A stretch of DNA of 64,000 nucleotides from Pseudomonadota bacterium. Its GTDB lineage: Bacteria; Bdellovibrionota_B; Oligoflexia; Oligoflexales; RGVZ01. The stretch is taken from positions 82,229-146,228 of the forward strand of contig JBEGVZ010000085.1 of assembly GCA_041178085.1 (NCBI GenBank), read 5' to 3'. The position numbers and the translations under genes were made by a program. Each line of letters starts with the position of its first letter. The first letter of the stretch is position 1. Shown one piece after another: positions 10,298 through 18,394 of this stretch. Under the pieces are notes generated by a model. That model made no database searches and was not told where the DNA came from. It saw nothing but the letters and a program-made list of their open reading frames with translations.

Positions 10298-10329
10298 TGA
10301 TTTTAGCGATTTAAAGCAGGTGTTTTGTC

Positions 10330-10698
10330 ATGGCTCGTGCAAAAAGAGGTTTTAAAGCCCGCCGTCGTCGCAAGAAGTTGCTGTCCCTTGCGAGCGGCTT
10401 CCGTGGAACGAGAAAGAACTGCTACGGCACTGCCGTTCACGTGGTTCGTCGCGCACTCAAGTACAGCTACCGCGATCGTCGGGTTAAGAAGCGCGAATTC
10501 CGCACTTTGTGGATCATCCGTATCAATGCGGCGGCTCGGGCTGCCGGCTTGAAGTATTCGGAACTGATGCACGGGCTGCGCCTTAAGGGAATCGAACTCG
10601 ACCGTAGCGTCCTGGCCGACATGGCACTGCGTGACGAAGCGGGTTTTGCAGCCCTCGTGAAAGAGGTCAAGTCGGTCCTTCCGGCTGCTGCCAACTGA
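10330..10698 (+). CDS. rplT: 50S ribosomal protein L20
   Basis: [18 protein letters not shown]...; 122 aa, classic L20. Confidence 0.97.
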   Translation: MARAKRGFKARRRRKKLLSLASGFRGTRKNCYGTAVHVVRRALKYSYRDRRVKKREFRTLWIIRINAAARAAGLKYSELMHGLRLKGIELDRSVLADMALRDEAGFAALVKEVKSVLPAAAN

Positions 10699-10721
10699 TC
10701 TTTCCAGCGATTCAGCGTAAG

Positions 10722-10750
10722 GCCCGCTCCTGTCATGGGTGCGGGCTTTT
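10722..10750 (+). terminator. rho-independent terminator after rplT
   Basis: gcccgc (10722-10727) pairs with gcgggc (10741-10746), followed by tttt. Confidence 0.6.
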
Positions 10751-10756
10751 GCATGT

Positions 10757-10840
10757 GGGGACGTGGTGAAATTGGTAGACACGCTGGTCTTAGAAGCCAG
10801 TGCCTCTGGCGTGAGAGTTCAAGTCTCTCCGTCCCCACCA
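10757..10840 (+). tRNA. tRNA-Leu (anticodon UAG)
   Basis: Hand-folded. The acceptor GGGGACG pairs with CGTCCCC. The anticodon stem-loop is CTGGT-CTTAGAA-GCCAG, there is a long variable arm, and the T-arm is GAGAG-TTCAAGT-CTCTC. The discriminator is A and CCA is encoded. Confidence 0.9.
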
Positions 10841-11589
10841 TTCATGCGGGATTTGACTAATATTCTGATGCGGCACGAGCCAACCGCGATGATGTCCTTG
10901 CTACCGACTGGCTGAAGACTGCTGATTTTCTTCCCGTTCACAAAGGATCCGTTCATGGATCCTTGGTCCTCAACAAAGACGTCGCCGGTGTCATTGACCT
11001 TCACAAGCAGGTGCTTGCGCGAGATTTCTGGATCCGCCTCAAACTTGCCAAAGTGTGCTGCACGGCCGATGAAAAACTGCTTTTGCTGAACCGGGATTTC
11101 TTCGTTGCGGCCATCACCGTAGGTCACGTTCAAGATCACGTAATGGCTCTGGGTCTGGCGCAGCTCTGATTCGATCAAGCTGTCGACCAGGCTGGAACGT
11201 GAATCGCCCTGGGTCCCTCCACGAGCGCCCGTCTTGAACTGAGTTGATATGTGGCGGGTGCGACGTTCGTCCTCCAGAGCGAACCTCATCACTGTCTTGC
11301 CAATCCTTATCTGGTCATCGTGATGGAGTCGCGATTTAACGATGCGCTGGTCATTTACAAAAGTTCCGTTGGTGCTATTCATGTCAAAAATATGAAAATT
11401 TCCACCGATATTCTGGATCTGGCAGTGCGTGGCTGAAACTTCTGCATCTGCGATCAGCACATCGCCCTTTTCGCGCCCGAAAATGGTCGCGTCCCGCCTT
11501 AGCTTGATAGCCTCAGGCGATCCGCCATCACGCGATACGTAAAGTACCGCGCGCTGTTCCTTGTCATTTTCTGGCTTTTCTTTCTTCAT
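10819..11589 (-). CDS. protein with two FHA domains
   Basis: Two FHA signatures are present: FGREKGDVLIADAEVSATHCQI...NSTNGTFVN and IGRAAHFGKFEADPEISRKHLLV...GSMNGSFVNG. Trimmed to Met23 (GGGGAA upstream). The last 22 nt overlap the 3' end of tRNA-Leu on the opposite strand. Confidence 0.8.
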   Translation of the reverse strand: MKKEKPENDKEQRAVLYVSRDGGSPEAIKLRRDATIFGREKGDVLIADAEVSATHCQIQNIGGNFHIFDMNSTNGTFVNDQRIVKSRLHHDDQIRIGKTVMRFALEDERRTRHISTQFKTGARGGTQGDSRSSLVDSLIESELRQTQSHYVILNVTYGDGRNEEIPVQQKQFFIGRAAHFGKFEADPEISRKHLLVKVNDTGDVFVEDQGSMNGSFVNGKKISSLQPVGSKDIIAVGSCRIRILVKSRMNGGDGET

Positions 11590-11728
11590 GTTCCCCAGTC
11601 CCGGGTCAACTTCAGGTCTATCGGCAGCTGGCCTGTCCAAACTGAATCCGCGCACTTGCCTCTGCCGTAAATTCTGGCAAGATTGCCAGAAGATCCCGGG
11701 GTTTCTCCCCGGACAATTGGGGGGAGCA

Positions 11729-12013
11729 ATGGTTCAACCAGGAAAGCCCTTTGACGGCGCAGGCGTAGAGTTTTCTGAGCTGGTACTTGGACTTTCTTCG
11801 GCCGCGTTGCATTACCTTGGCGAGGGTACTGGTAGTGTACCACCCGCGCAAAAGTCGGAGGCCAATCTTGCTCTGGCCAGGCAGAACATTGAAATCATCC
11901 GAATGCTCAAGACCAAAACAAATGGCAACTTGTCGGCCGATGAGGTTCGATTGGTCGATGGTGTTTTGACCGATCTGATGACCAAGTTTGCACAGGTTGC
12001 TGCGAAGGTTTAA
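11729..12013 (+). CDS. small conserved hypothetical protein (DUF1844-like, from memory)
   Basis: Trimmed to Met57 (GGGGGAG 4 nt upstream). The pattern FSELVLGLSSAALHYLGE...ANLALARQNIEIIRMLKTKTNGNLSADE resembles DUF1844 proteins as I recall them. Confidence 0.6.
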   Translation: MVQPGKPFDGAGVEFSELVLGLSSAALHYLGEGTGSVPPAQKSEANLALARQNIEIIRMLKTKTNGNLSADEVRLVDGVLTDLMTKFAQVAAKV

Positions 12014-12027
12014 CGAAACCTGTCGCA

Positions 12028-12780
12028 TCAGTTCTTTTTCTGGATTGTGAGCTTGGTTCCGACGAGAAGTTCTTTCGCGTCTTTCGCCAGTGCAAGGATC
12101 CTGAAGATGGCGTACCCATCACTGGATTTTTCCAGTTCCAGGAGCCCGGCTCCGCTTCTTTTATTGGTCAGGAGCGCCATGCTTTTTTCGGAACCCCTGA
12201 TTGCCAGCGCCTGGATTTTATCACCCTTCAGTATGGTCGCGGGGCCCCCTGCAAGGACATAGCTTCCTTTCACCGCCAGGATGACGCCGTCGTATCCCAG
12301 ACTTTGAAATGTCCATTGGACCAGGGAGGCAGGCGAAGCATCGCCACTATAGGATTTCACGGATCCAAGCTTTCTTAGTTTGATGCCATCGTTATAAAAG
12401 ACGGCGGCCGAAGATGATTTTACGTCAGAAAAAACGAGGTTTGCCACGATCGCCGCGGCACCTTTCTTCGCCGAGTCACCAGAATTTATTTTTTGCGAGA
12501 ATTGCGCCGTGCCGCGATCGATAAAGGTAAATGGTGACATTGGACGGAATTCCTCACCGTTTTGGATCAGGGAATCCGTAGCGGCAGAGGCAACCGGTCC
12601 AGCAACAATCTGGATCCTGGCAGGGATGTATTGTTCTGCAATCGGAGCGGCCCGCACCTCTTTGATCCATCCATCAAGATCCGGTGCAGGCTCAACGGTC
12701 CTTGCGCGCGCACCGGATGAATTGATCAAAACCGCGAATGTCAGGACCACCGCAAATGATAATCTGAGCAAGTTCTTCAT
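12028..12780 (-). CDS. secreted/periplasmic hypothetical protein
   Basis: 250-aa ORF with a signal peptide (MKNLLRLSFAVVLTFAVLINSSGARA). It starts 7 nt downstream of the preceding gene. Confidence 0.65.
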   Translation of the reverse strand: MKNLLRLSFAVVLTFAVLINSSGARARTVEPAPDLDGWIKEVRAAPIAEQYIPARIQIVAGPVASAATDSLIQNGEEFRPMSPFTFIDRGTAQFSQKINSGDSAKKGAAAIVANLVFSDVKSSSAAVFYNDGIKLRKLGSVKSYSGDASPASLVQWTFQSLGYDGVILAVKGSYVLAGGPATILKGDKIQALAIRGSEKSMALLTNKRSGAGLLELEKSSDGYAIFRILALAKDAKELLVGTKLTIQKKN

Positions 12781-12787
12781 GTCCCAC

Positions 12788-14518
12788 CTACCAGTTTAAT
12801 ACCAGCCCGAGGCCGGCATAGGCTGCGCGCAACTCAACGCCTGACACCGCGACTTCGCCGGGGTCAAGATCGCCCATCTTGATGTTCTCGATGGCGATGT
12901 TCTCGTACATCCCGAAGGTCAGCACATTGAAGGTGTAGTCCACCCCAAACAGGCGAAAATCCATCGTTGAGTTCAGGAAAAGATCCAGCCCGGCCCGCTC
13001 CGACGAGACGGCGCTCGTGCCAAGGACAGGCAAGAAAGGAATGCCACGATCGATCGCATACCAGACCCTTGCGGTATAAAGACGTGCCGCGCGTTCAGCT
13101 GAAACCTCAAGCGACACACTGGGCTGGTTCCTGATCTGGAAATCTTGTGTGGCAGTAACATTGCCATCGGCATCCCGTTCCACCGGCTGACGGGAGAGAA
13201 GATAATATCGACCAAGCTTTGGCGTCACTTCGACGCGGTTTATGAATAGTGGAAACTTGAAGCTGAATGAACGGCCAAGCACAAACCTTGTCCACTCCAG
13301 TGTTGTTGTTGTGCCGTTGGCGGTAGCGGTCTGCTGCGGGAATTTGTCGTAATAAAACTTGATGCCGCTGAGTGGACCCGACCGGACTTCCACCAGCAGC
13401 CCGTAAAGTGAGCCGTTTTCAACCAGATCATCCCCCTTCAGGAGTTGCTTTCCGTACCGGAGCCCGACGTAACCCGAAGCTGCGGTTTGGAACAGGAGGT
13501 TCGATATCGAATCATAACCCTTGGTAAACAGATTGCTGAGCAATCCCGACCTTGCCGCAGAGCTCAAGCGTTCATGTGCGCTGCTCACCGCCTTCTCCAG
13601 TTCAACGGATCGCTGGCCGGCACCATCGCTATTATGGCTCCAGATCCGTGCATTCCCAGCGGTGGTTGCGGTGCGCGCCTTGGCGTCCAACTTATAACGT
13701 GCAGTGTCGATGAAGGCCGTCCTGGTGCTTGAACCGGTGCCTGACTGGAACCTTGTCTTGTCCTTTCCAGTGAGCTTTGCTTCCCCAAGATGTTCTGCGA
13801 AGAACCTCCCCGTGTCCGCGTCCATGGTCATCCGGTAAAAAGTGATGGATGCATTGGGCGTGATCGAGTCGAATTTCTTGGTAAATCTCTGGCCCTTGAA
13901 TTCAGCAGCAGAGAGAATGCCTGTGCTTGAAGTCAGGCGACTCCGGTCAAGGTACGCTGCCGCAGGAAGGCTGTCCACGAGCGCGAACGCGAGGGTGGAT
14001 GCGAACTCGTCGTCGGCAAGGAATTCGGCCGACCATTCCGTTACCGGAATTGTGATGGAGCGGAACACCTTTGCCCGAGTTTTGCCAGCGGCCGCCTGTT
14101 CAAGGCTGAAGCGGATTGCATCCCCATCTTTTGTAATTTTGAGGTTAACCGAAAGAGACGCATCGATTTTGGTGCCAAGACGCGTCGATTCCTTGCCAGA
14201 GATCGCACAAGTGGTGGACGAAGAGGGGCTTGACTCCCAAACCGATCCGCCCTCATGAAATGCTTTCGCGAGGGTTTTGCAGGCTTCCTTCCAGCCTTTT
14301 CCTGGCTTTGCTGGCAGAGCTGCAATGTCTTTTGTGATGTCGATGTCGATGGAAATGGATTCCACCGGGATGAATTTCCGCATGCGATCGGGCCCGCCTT
14401 GCTTTGTGCCCGCATCGTTCCCCGTAACGGGCGCTGCAAACAGCCGGGAAGACGTAGCTACTGTGGCGATCGCTAGCACAGCTATCATCCGAGTTAATTT
14501 GCAGTTCGCCACGCTCAT
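12788..14518 (-). CDS. putative outer-membrane beta-barrel protein
   Basis: 576-aa ORF with a signal peptide (...SSRLFA/AP). The C-terminal half has alternating hydrophobic residues and ends ...AAYAGLGLVLNW, a terminal aromatic residue as in OMP beta-signals. Confidence 0.7.
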   Translation of the reverse strand: MSVANCKLTRMIAVLAIATVATSSRLFAAPVTGNDAGTKQGGPDRMRKFIPVESISIDIDITKDIAALPAKPGKGWKEACKTLAKAFHEGGSVWESSPSSSTTCAISGKESTRLGTKIDASLSVNLKITKDGDAIRFSLEQAAAGKTRAKVFRSITIPVTEWSAEFLADDEFASTLAFALVDSLPAAAYLDRSRLTSSTGILSAAEFKGQRFTKKFDSITPNASITFYRMTMDADTGRFFAEHLGEAKLTGKDKTRFQSGTGSSTRTAFIDTARYKLDAKARTATTAGNARIWSHNSDGAGQRSVELEKAVSSAHERLSSAARSGLLSNLFTKGYDSISNLLFQTAASGYVGLRYGKQLLKGDDLVENGSLYGLLVEVRSGPLSGIKFYYDKFPQQTATANGTTTTLEWTRFVLGRSFSFKFPLFINRVEVTPKLGRYYLLSRQPVERDADGNVTATQDFQIRNQPSVSLEVSAERAARLYTARVWYAIDRGIPFLPVLGTSAVSSERAGLDLFLNSTMDFRLFGVDYTFNVLTFGMYENIAIENIKMGDLDPGEVAVSGVELRAAYAGLGLVLNW

Positions 14519-14528
14519 TTTGTCTCTT

Positions 14529-16127
14529 TTACCTGAAACTGTTGATCTTCACTTGTCTGGTGAAGAATGCGTTTGAGTTTCTTCGGACGAATGATGCCAC
14601 TGACGGGTACTTCCTGACAAATTCGGCGTTGACCTGGAACAGAGACTGGTCCTGGAAGACATAAATGCTTTTTCCATTTTGGACGGAACCAGCGATCATT
14701 TTCTGGATCTCATCAACCGAGTACTTTTGTGCACTGACCAGCGCGTCTTGTGGACCCGTGAAGACAAAGTCGCCGTCAATCAGGCCACGAACCTTGTCGG
14801 TCAGTTCGTTGTTGGTCCCGTTGCCGCTGATCTGTGCAATGATTTCCTGGTTTTTAACGACGAAGGTACCTGCCGCTGCGATGGTTGCGCCACTTTCCGC
14901 GGAAACCGAAGGGGAAGACCTCAAGGAGGGCATCAGAGGTGCAAGAAGCCCTGGTTTGAAGAGTCTGATGACCAAAGGCAGTTTGTCCGGGTCTTGCTGG
15001 AAGCGGCCGGCAATCCACGGGCTGATTTGCGGTGCCTCACCAAGGGACTGCAGGCCAACCACAATATTTGACTGCTTTGCCAGCGGTGCAAGTGAGGCGA
15101 TCGTTACTCTGCCCTCGATCGGCGCTCTGTTGGCAGTAGAACCATCGGAAATGACGATTGCCAGGGACAGCGTCCTGCGGTCCGTGCCCGAGATGATGGT
15201 TCGCGTCGAATTGGCCAGGATGTTCGCAACTGGCACGCGAGCCGTATATTTGCCGGGGTCGGTGGCGGGCACAAGTTTTTCCTGAAGCCCTTTGGCTCCA
15301 CCTTTTGATTCCTGGCGCAATTCGAGTGCAATGCTTGCCCCTGTGGGTACAGCCTTGAGGCTGACGACAAATGAAACGAACTCATTGCTGAGCTTTTCCA
15401 GTTCCGTGGTTGTCCAGAAGGAGGAACCCGGGGCTGGTGAGAGAAGTTTTGCCGAGAGGTCGATCTTTACAGGCGCTGGTTTGGGGGTCGGCTTGGGCGT
15501 GGCGGTTGGGGTCGGCGTGGCGACGACGGCAAGATTCTCCTGGATACGCCGGCTGCGGTCTGCATCGTCAACCTTTGCGATGGTGATCTTCACACCTGTT
15601 TTGGTGTTGGTCTTGGTAACTTCGGCCGGTCCTGACGCCCCGGAACTTTTTGTCGCAACGGATTCGCCGGCGTTTACAGTAACGGCCCCGTTGCCGGTCA
15701 GCAGGATCACAGGGTTGGCACGGTTGTCAGTTGTCGAAGCCTCTGCCTGACCGGCCCTTGTGGCGTCGATCAGGATGGTTGGCGCGATCCGGTGGTCTTC
15801 AAGGGATGTTACCGTGATTCTGGAGTTTGAGAGGCAGCTCGCCTTTCGTCCGGAGTTCAGGTCGATAACCGCTTTCGAATCCTTGCCGGTCACGATCTGA
15901 TCGCCGTCAGCTACGGTCTGTCCGGCATTCACGCGGCGGAACTCCCCGTCTTCGGAGCGGATCTGGACTTCGCCATCAACAGCTGCAAGTTTCCCGACCG
16001 CGGCGCTTTCGTCCGTCAGGTAGATATTCGAATTGCGCACGGCACTGATCGAGAACACAGCAGCCACACCGATGACTACCGTCACCAGGACGAGCTTTGA
16101 GGAAAAACTAAATTGGTTTGAGCCCAT
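14529..16127 (-). CDS. membrane-anchored FecR-domain protein with Pro/Thr linker
   Basis: 532-aa ORF with an N-terminal TM helix. A FecR-like segment (GEVQIRSEDGEFRRVNAGQTVADGDQIVTGKDSKAVIDL) is followed by a PT-rich linker (TPTPTATPKPTPKPAP) and a large C-terminal domain of unknown family. Confidence 0.7.
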   Translation of the reverse strand: MGSNQFSFSSKLVLVTVVIGVAAVFSISAVRNSNIYLTDESAAVGKLAAVDGEVQIRSEDGEFRRVNAGQTVADGDQIVTGKDSKAVIDLNSGRKASCLSNSRITVTSLEDHRIAPTILIDATRAGQAEASTTDNRANPVILLTGNGAVTVNAGESVATKSSGASGPAEVTKTNTKTGVKITIAKVDDADRSRRIQENLAVVATPTPTATPKPTPKPAPVKIDLSAKLLSPAPGSSFWTTTELEKLSNEFVSFVVSLKAVPTGASIALELRQESKGGAKGLQEKLVPATDPGKYTARVPVANILANSTRTIISGTDRRTLSLAIVISDGSTANRAPIEGRVTIASLAPLAKQSNIVVGLQSLGEAPQISPWIAGRFQQDPDKLPLVIRLFKPGLLAPLMPSLRSSPSVSAESGATIAAAGTFVVKNQEIIAQISGNGTNNELTDKVRGLIDGDFVFTGPQDALVSAQKYSVDEIQKMIAGSVQNGKSIYVFQDQSLFQVNAEFVRKYPSVASFVRRNSNAFFTRQVKINSFR

Positions 16128-16252
16128 GTCGACGATCCCCTATCTGCCCATCGGTGGATCGGAGCTGGCTGAAATTACTTGAGTTCAGGTCTGGGCGTTA
16201 AAGTAAACCGGAATCCCGCCGATCTAGCAGCAGGTCAAGGAGGAGGTTCCCT

Positions 16253-18391
16253 ATGGGGGGCAGGCAAGCCCACGGCAAGGTGCCATTTTTCAAGTCTCTG
16301 CGCGGCCGCTTTTCGCGGATCATTGTGGCGTTGACGACGCTTGCCATTTTCTTTGTCTCATGGGGCTTCAGTTCAAGGTTCGAGGAGTACCTTCAAAACG
16401 AAATCAGAGACTCCTTGGTCAACCGGGCTGAAACGTCGGCAGAGGCCGTTGGCGCAACGCTTAAGATTCTTGTCGGGCAGCTGGGGACATATGCCGCCAA
16501 TGTCATCCCATTCGACGTTCCGCGTAAGAAAGCCAGTTTCCAGCAATTCCTGTCCGATTTCCCTGAAGTCCTTACAATTTCTACTTACCGTTGGGATACC
16601 ACCAAGAAAGCGATGTCCGAGGTTGTCCATAGTGAACTGACGGCCCAGCAGAAGGACGATGCGATCCTGCAGCGAGCCAACGCCGAAACCGCGCATGCCG
16701 CCTTGCTCCGGCTCGAGACCGAAGAAATATCAAGGTTTGCTGCCGAACCCCTTCCCCAACCTCAGAGTCAGCCCGCATACCGGTTCCTGAGCCTTGCGAC
16801 TCAGTCCAAGTTGCCCGTTTTCACCCTGCTGATCCGGTATCCCGTCAAGCCAGGGGCGAAGGAAATTTCCCTGGTCTCAACGTCGGTTTGGTTGACTTCG
16901 TTGATGGTTGCGTTGCCCAAGACGGCGGCGTTGGAGACTTCCGTCGTGGACGGTCGTGGCCAGATCATTGCATCGGCAGTGGTGAACGATGTCCTTCGCG
17001 GCAGGAAATATAGCGAGCTGCCGGTATTCAAACGGGCAAGGGACTCAGTCGAACCAAGTGGTTTTTATGAGACCAGGTCGATTCCCGCATGGGCAAGGCG
17101 CTTTCCAGCCGAGGTTGGCAAGTTCCTGGAAGAAAGATCCTTCTCTTTCCAGGGTAAGAAGGGCGCGGACTGGGTTGGCGCATTCTCGCGGGTCCAGAAA
17201 CAGGGCGTCGGCATGGATAATCATTGGGTCCTTGTCCAGAAACGTGCCGATGCCGTCTTCGGCGTAGTTGAGAAATCAAAGCTCGAAACCGTTTTGATCG
17301 CATTCTTTGTGATTCTTGCTGCCGGGACTGTCGGGGTCATGTCGGCCGGTCAAAGCACCGTCCAGCTGGAACGGGTTTACCAGGCGACTGGAGAAATTGC
17401 CTCGGGACGCTTTGACACTCGAATCGAAGGTCGTTCTGAGGATGAGATCGGTCAGATTGCCGACTCTGTGAACCGGATGGCGGCCGAACTGAAAGCACAA
17501 GTGGAATTGAAGGCGGAGAAAGGCCGGTTGCAGGCCGAAGCGGACACCGCGCGGACGGTGCAGGAAACTTTCTTCCCATCGGGAACCATCAATTCCGGCC
17601 CGTTGACAGTGGCGGGCAGTTACCAACCTGCAACTGAGTGCGGCGGCGACCTCTGGGGTCACTTTACCGTGCGTCCTGGTGTCGAGGTCCTCTACATCGC
17701 CGACGCGATGGGGCACGGTGCGTCAGCGGCCATCATGACGGCAATGGCTTATACTGCATGCAACCTGGTCGCTGAAATTATCAAGGACGCTCAAATTTTT
17801 GGCGACTCGCCGGCAAAGCTCCTCGACCAGATGAACAAGGTCATCTTCGGCGCCGTGAAAGGCAAGGTCAGCATGACCTGCTTTGCTGTGCTCTACGATT
17901 TCAACAAGGGTGAAATGGTTTTTGCCAACGCAGGACATAACTTCCCCTTCGTGCTGTTTCCTGCCGCTGTTGCCGCGGAATCCGCAAATGGAAAGGCGCC
18001 TGCGCCCCAGTCCCTAATGCTCAGCGGTAATCCGCTCGGCGTTGACATTGAAAGCGCCTACCAGGACAAGCGTCGTCCGATCAAGGCGGGTGAGCGCCTG
18101 GTCATGTTCACCGATGGCCTGATTGAGTGCCGTTCCCCGGCCGGAAACCAGTGGGGCCGAAAGGCATTGAACTCTGCTTTGGCCAATGGGGTTAAAGTCG
18201 GCGGCGTCGAGGATCTTCGCAACCATATCATTGGCAGCGCATTTCGCTTCTTCAACGGCGTGCCGATTGCTGATGACGTGACCTTGGTCGTGGCCGAGAT
18301 TTCAGCTGCCTGGACTGCAGGTAGCGCGATTCCCGTGACGGGGAATTCAACGCCACCAGCGAAAACCCCAACCCTTGATCTGGCGGGCTGA
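16253..18391 (+). CDS. membrane sensor with HAMP domain and PP2C/SpoIIE-type phosphatase domain
   Basis: 712-aa ORF. It has two TM helices flanking an extracytoplasmic region of about 300 aa. A HAMP domain follows (GRFDTRIEGRSEDEIGQIADSVNRMAAEL), then SpoIIE-like motifs (GGDLWGHF, ADAMGHGASAAIMTA, FTDGL). Confidence 0.85.
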   Translation: MGGRQAHGKVPFFKSLRGRFSRIIVALTTLAIFFVSWGFSSRFEEYLQNEIRDSLVNRAETSAEAVGATLKILVGQLGTYAANVIPFDVPRKKASFQQFLSDFPEVLTISTYRWDTTKKAMSEVVHSELTAQQKDDAILQRANAETAHAALLRLETEEISRFAAEPLPQPQSQPAYRFLSLATQSKLPVFTLLIRYPVKPGAKEISLVSTSVWLTSLMVALPKTAALETSVVDGRGQIIASAVVNDVLRGRKYSELPVFKRARDSVEPSGFYETRSIPAWARRFPAEVGKFLEERSFSFQGKKGADWVGAFSRVQKQGVGMDNHWVLVQKRADAVFGVVEKSKLETVLIAFFVILAAGTVGVMSAGQSTVQLERVYQATGEIASGRFDTRIEGRSEDEIGQIADSVNRMAAELKAQVELKAEKGRLQAEADTARTVQETFFPSGTINSGPLTVAGSYQPATECGGDLWGHFTVRPGVEVLYIADAMGHGASAAIMTAMAYTACNLVAEIIKDAQIFGDSPAKLLDQMNKVIFGAVKGKVSMTCFAVLYDFNKGEMVFANAGHNFPFVLFPAAVAAESANGKAPAPQSLMLSGNPLGVDIESAYQDKRRPIKAGERLVMFTDGLIECRSPAGNQWGRKALNSALANGVKVGGVEDLRNHIIGSAFRFFNGVPIADDVTLVVAEISAAWTAGSAIPVTGNSTPPAKTPTLDLAG

Positions 18392-18394
18392 CCA

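Noticed and set aside
10303-10841. Minus-strand ORFs of 159 and 124 aa covering rplT and tRNA-Leu
   Set aside because: They lie antisense to a ribosomal protein gene and a tRNA, and their products look like junk.
15470-15535. GC-rich imperfect tandem repeats (ggtcggc/ttgggcgtggcg...)
   Set aside because: They are the coding sequence of the Pro/Thr-rich linker of the FecR-domain protein on the opposite strand. They are not a CRISPR or satellite repeat.
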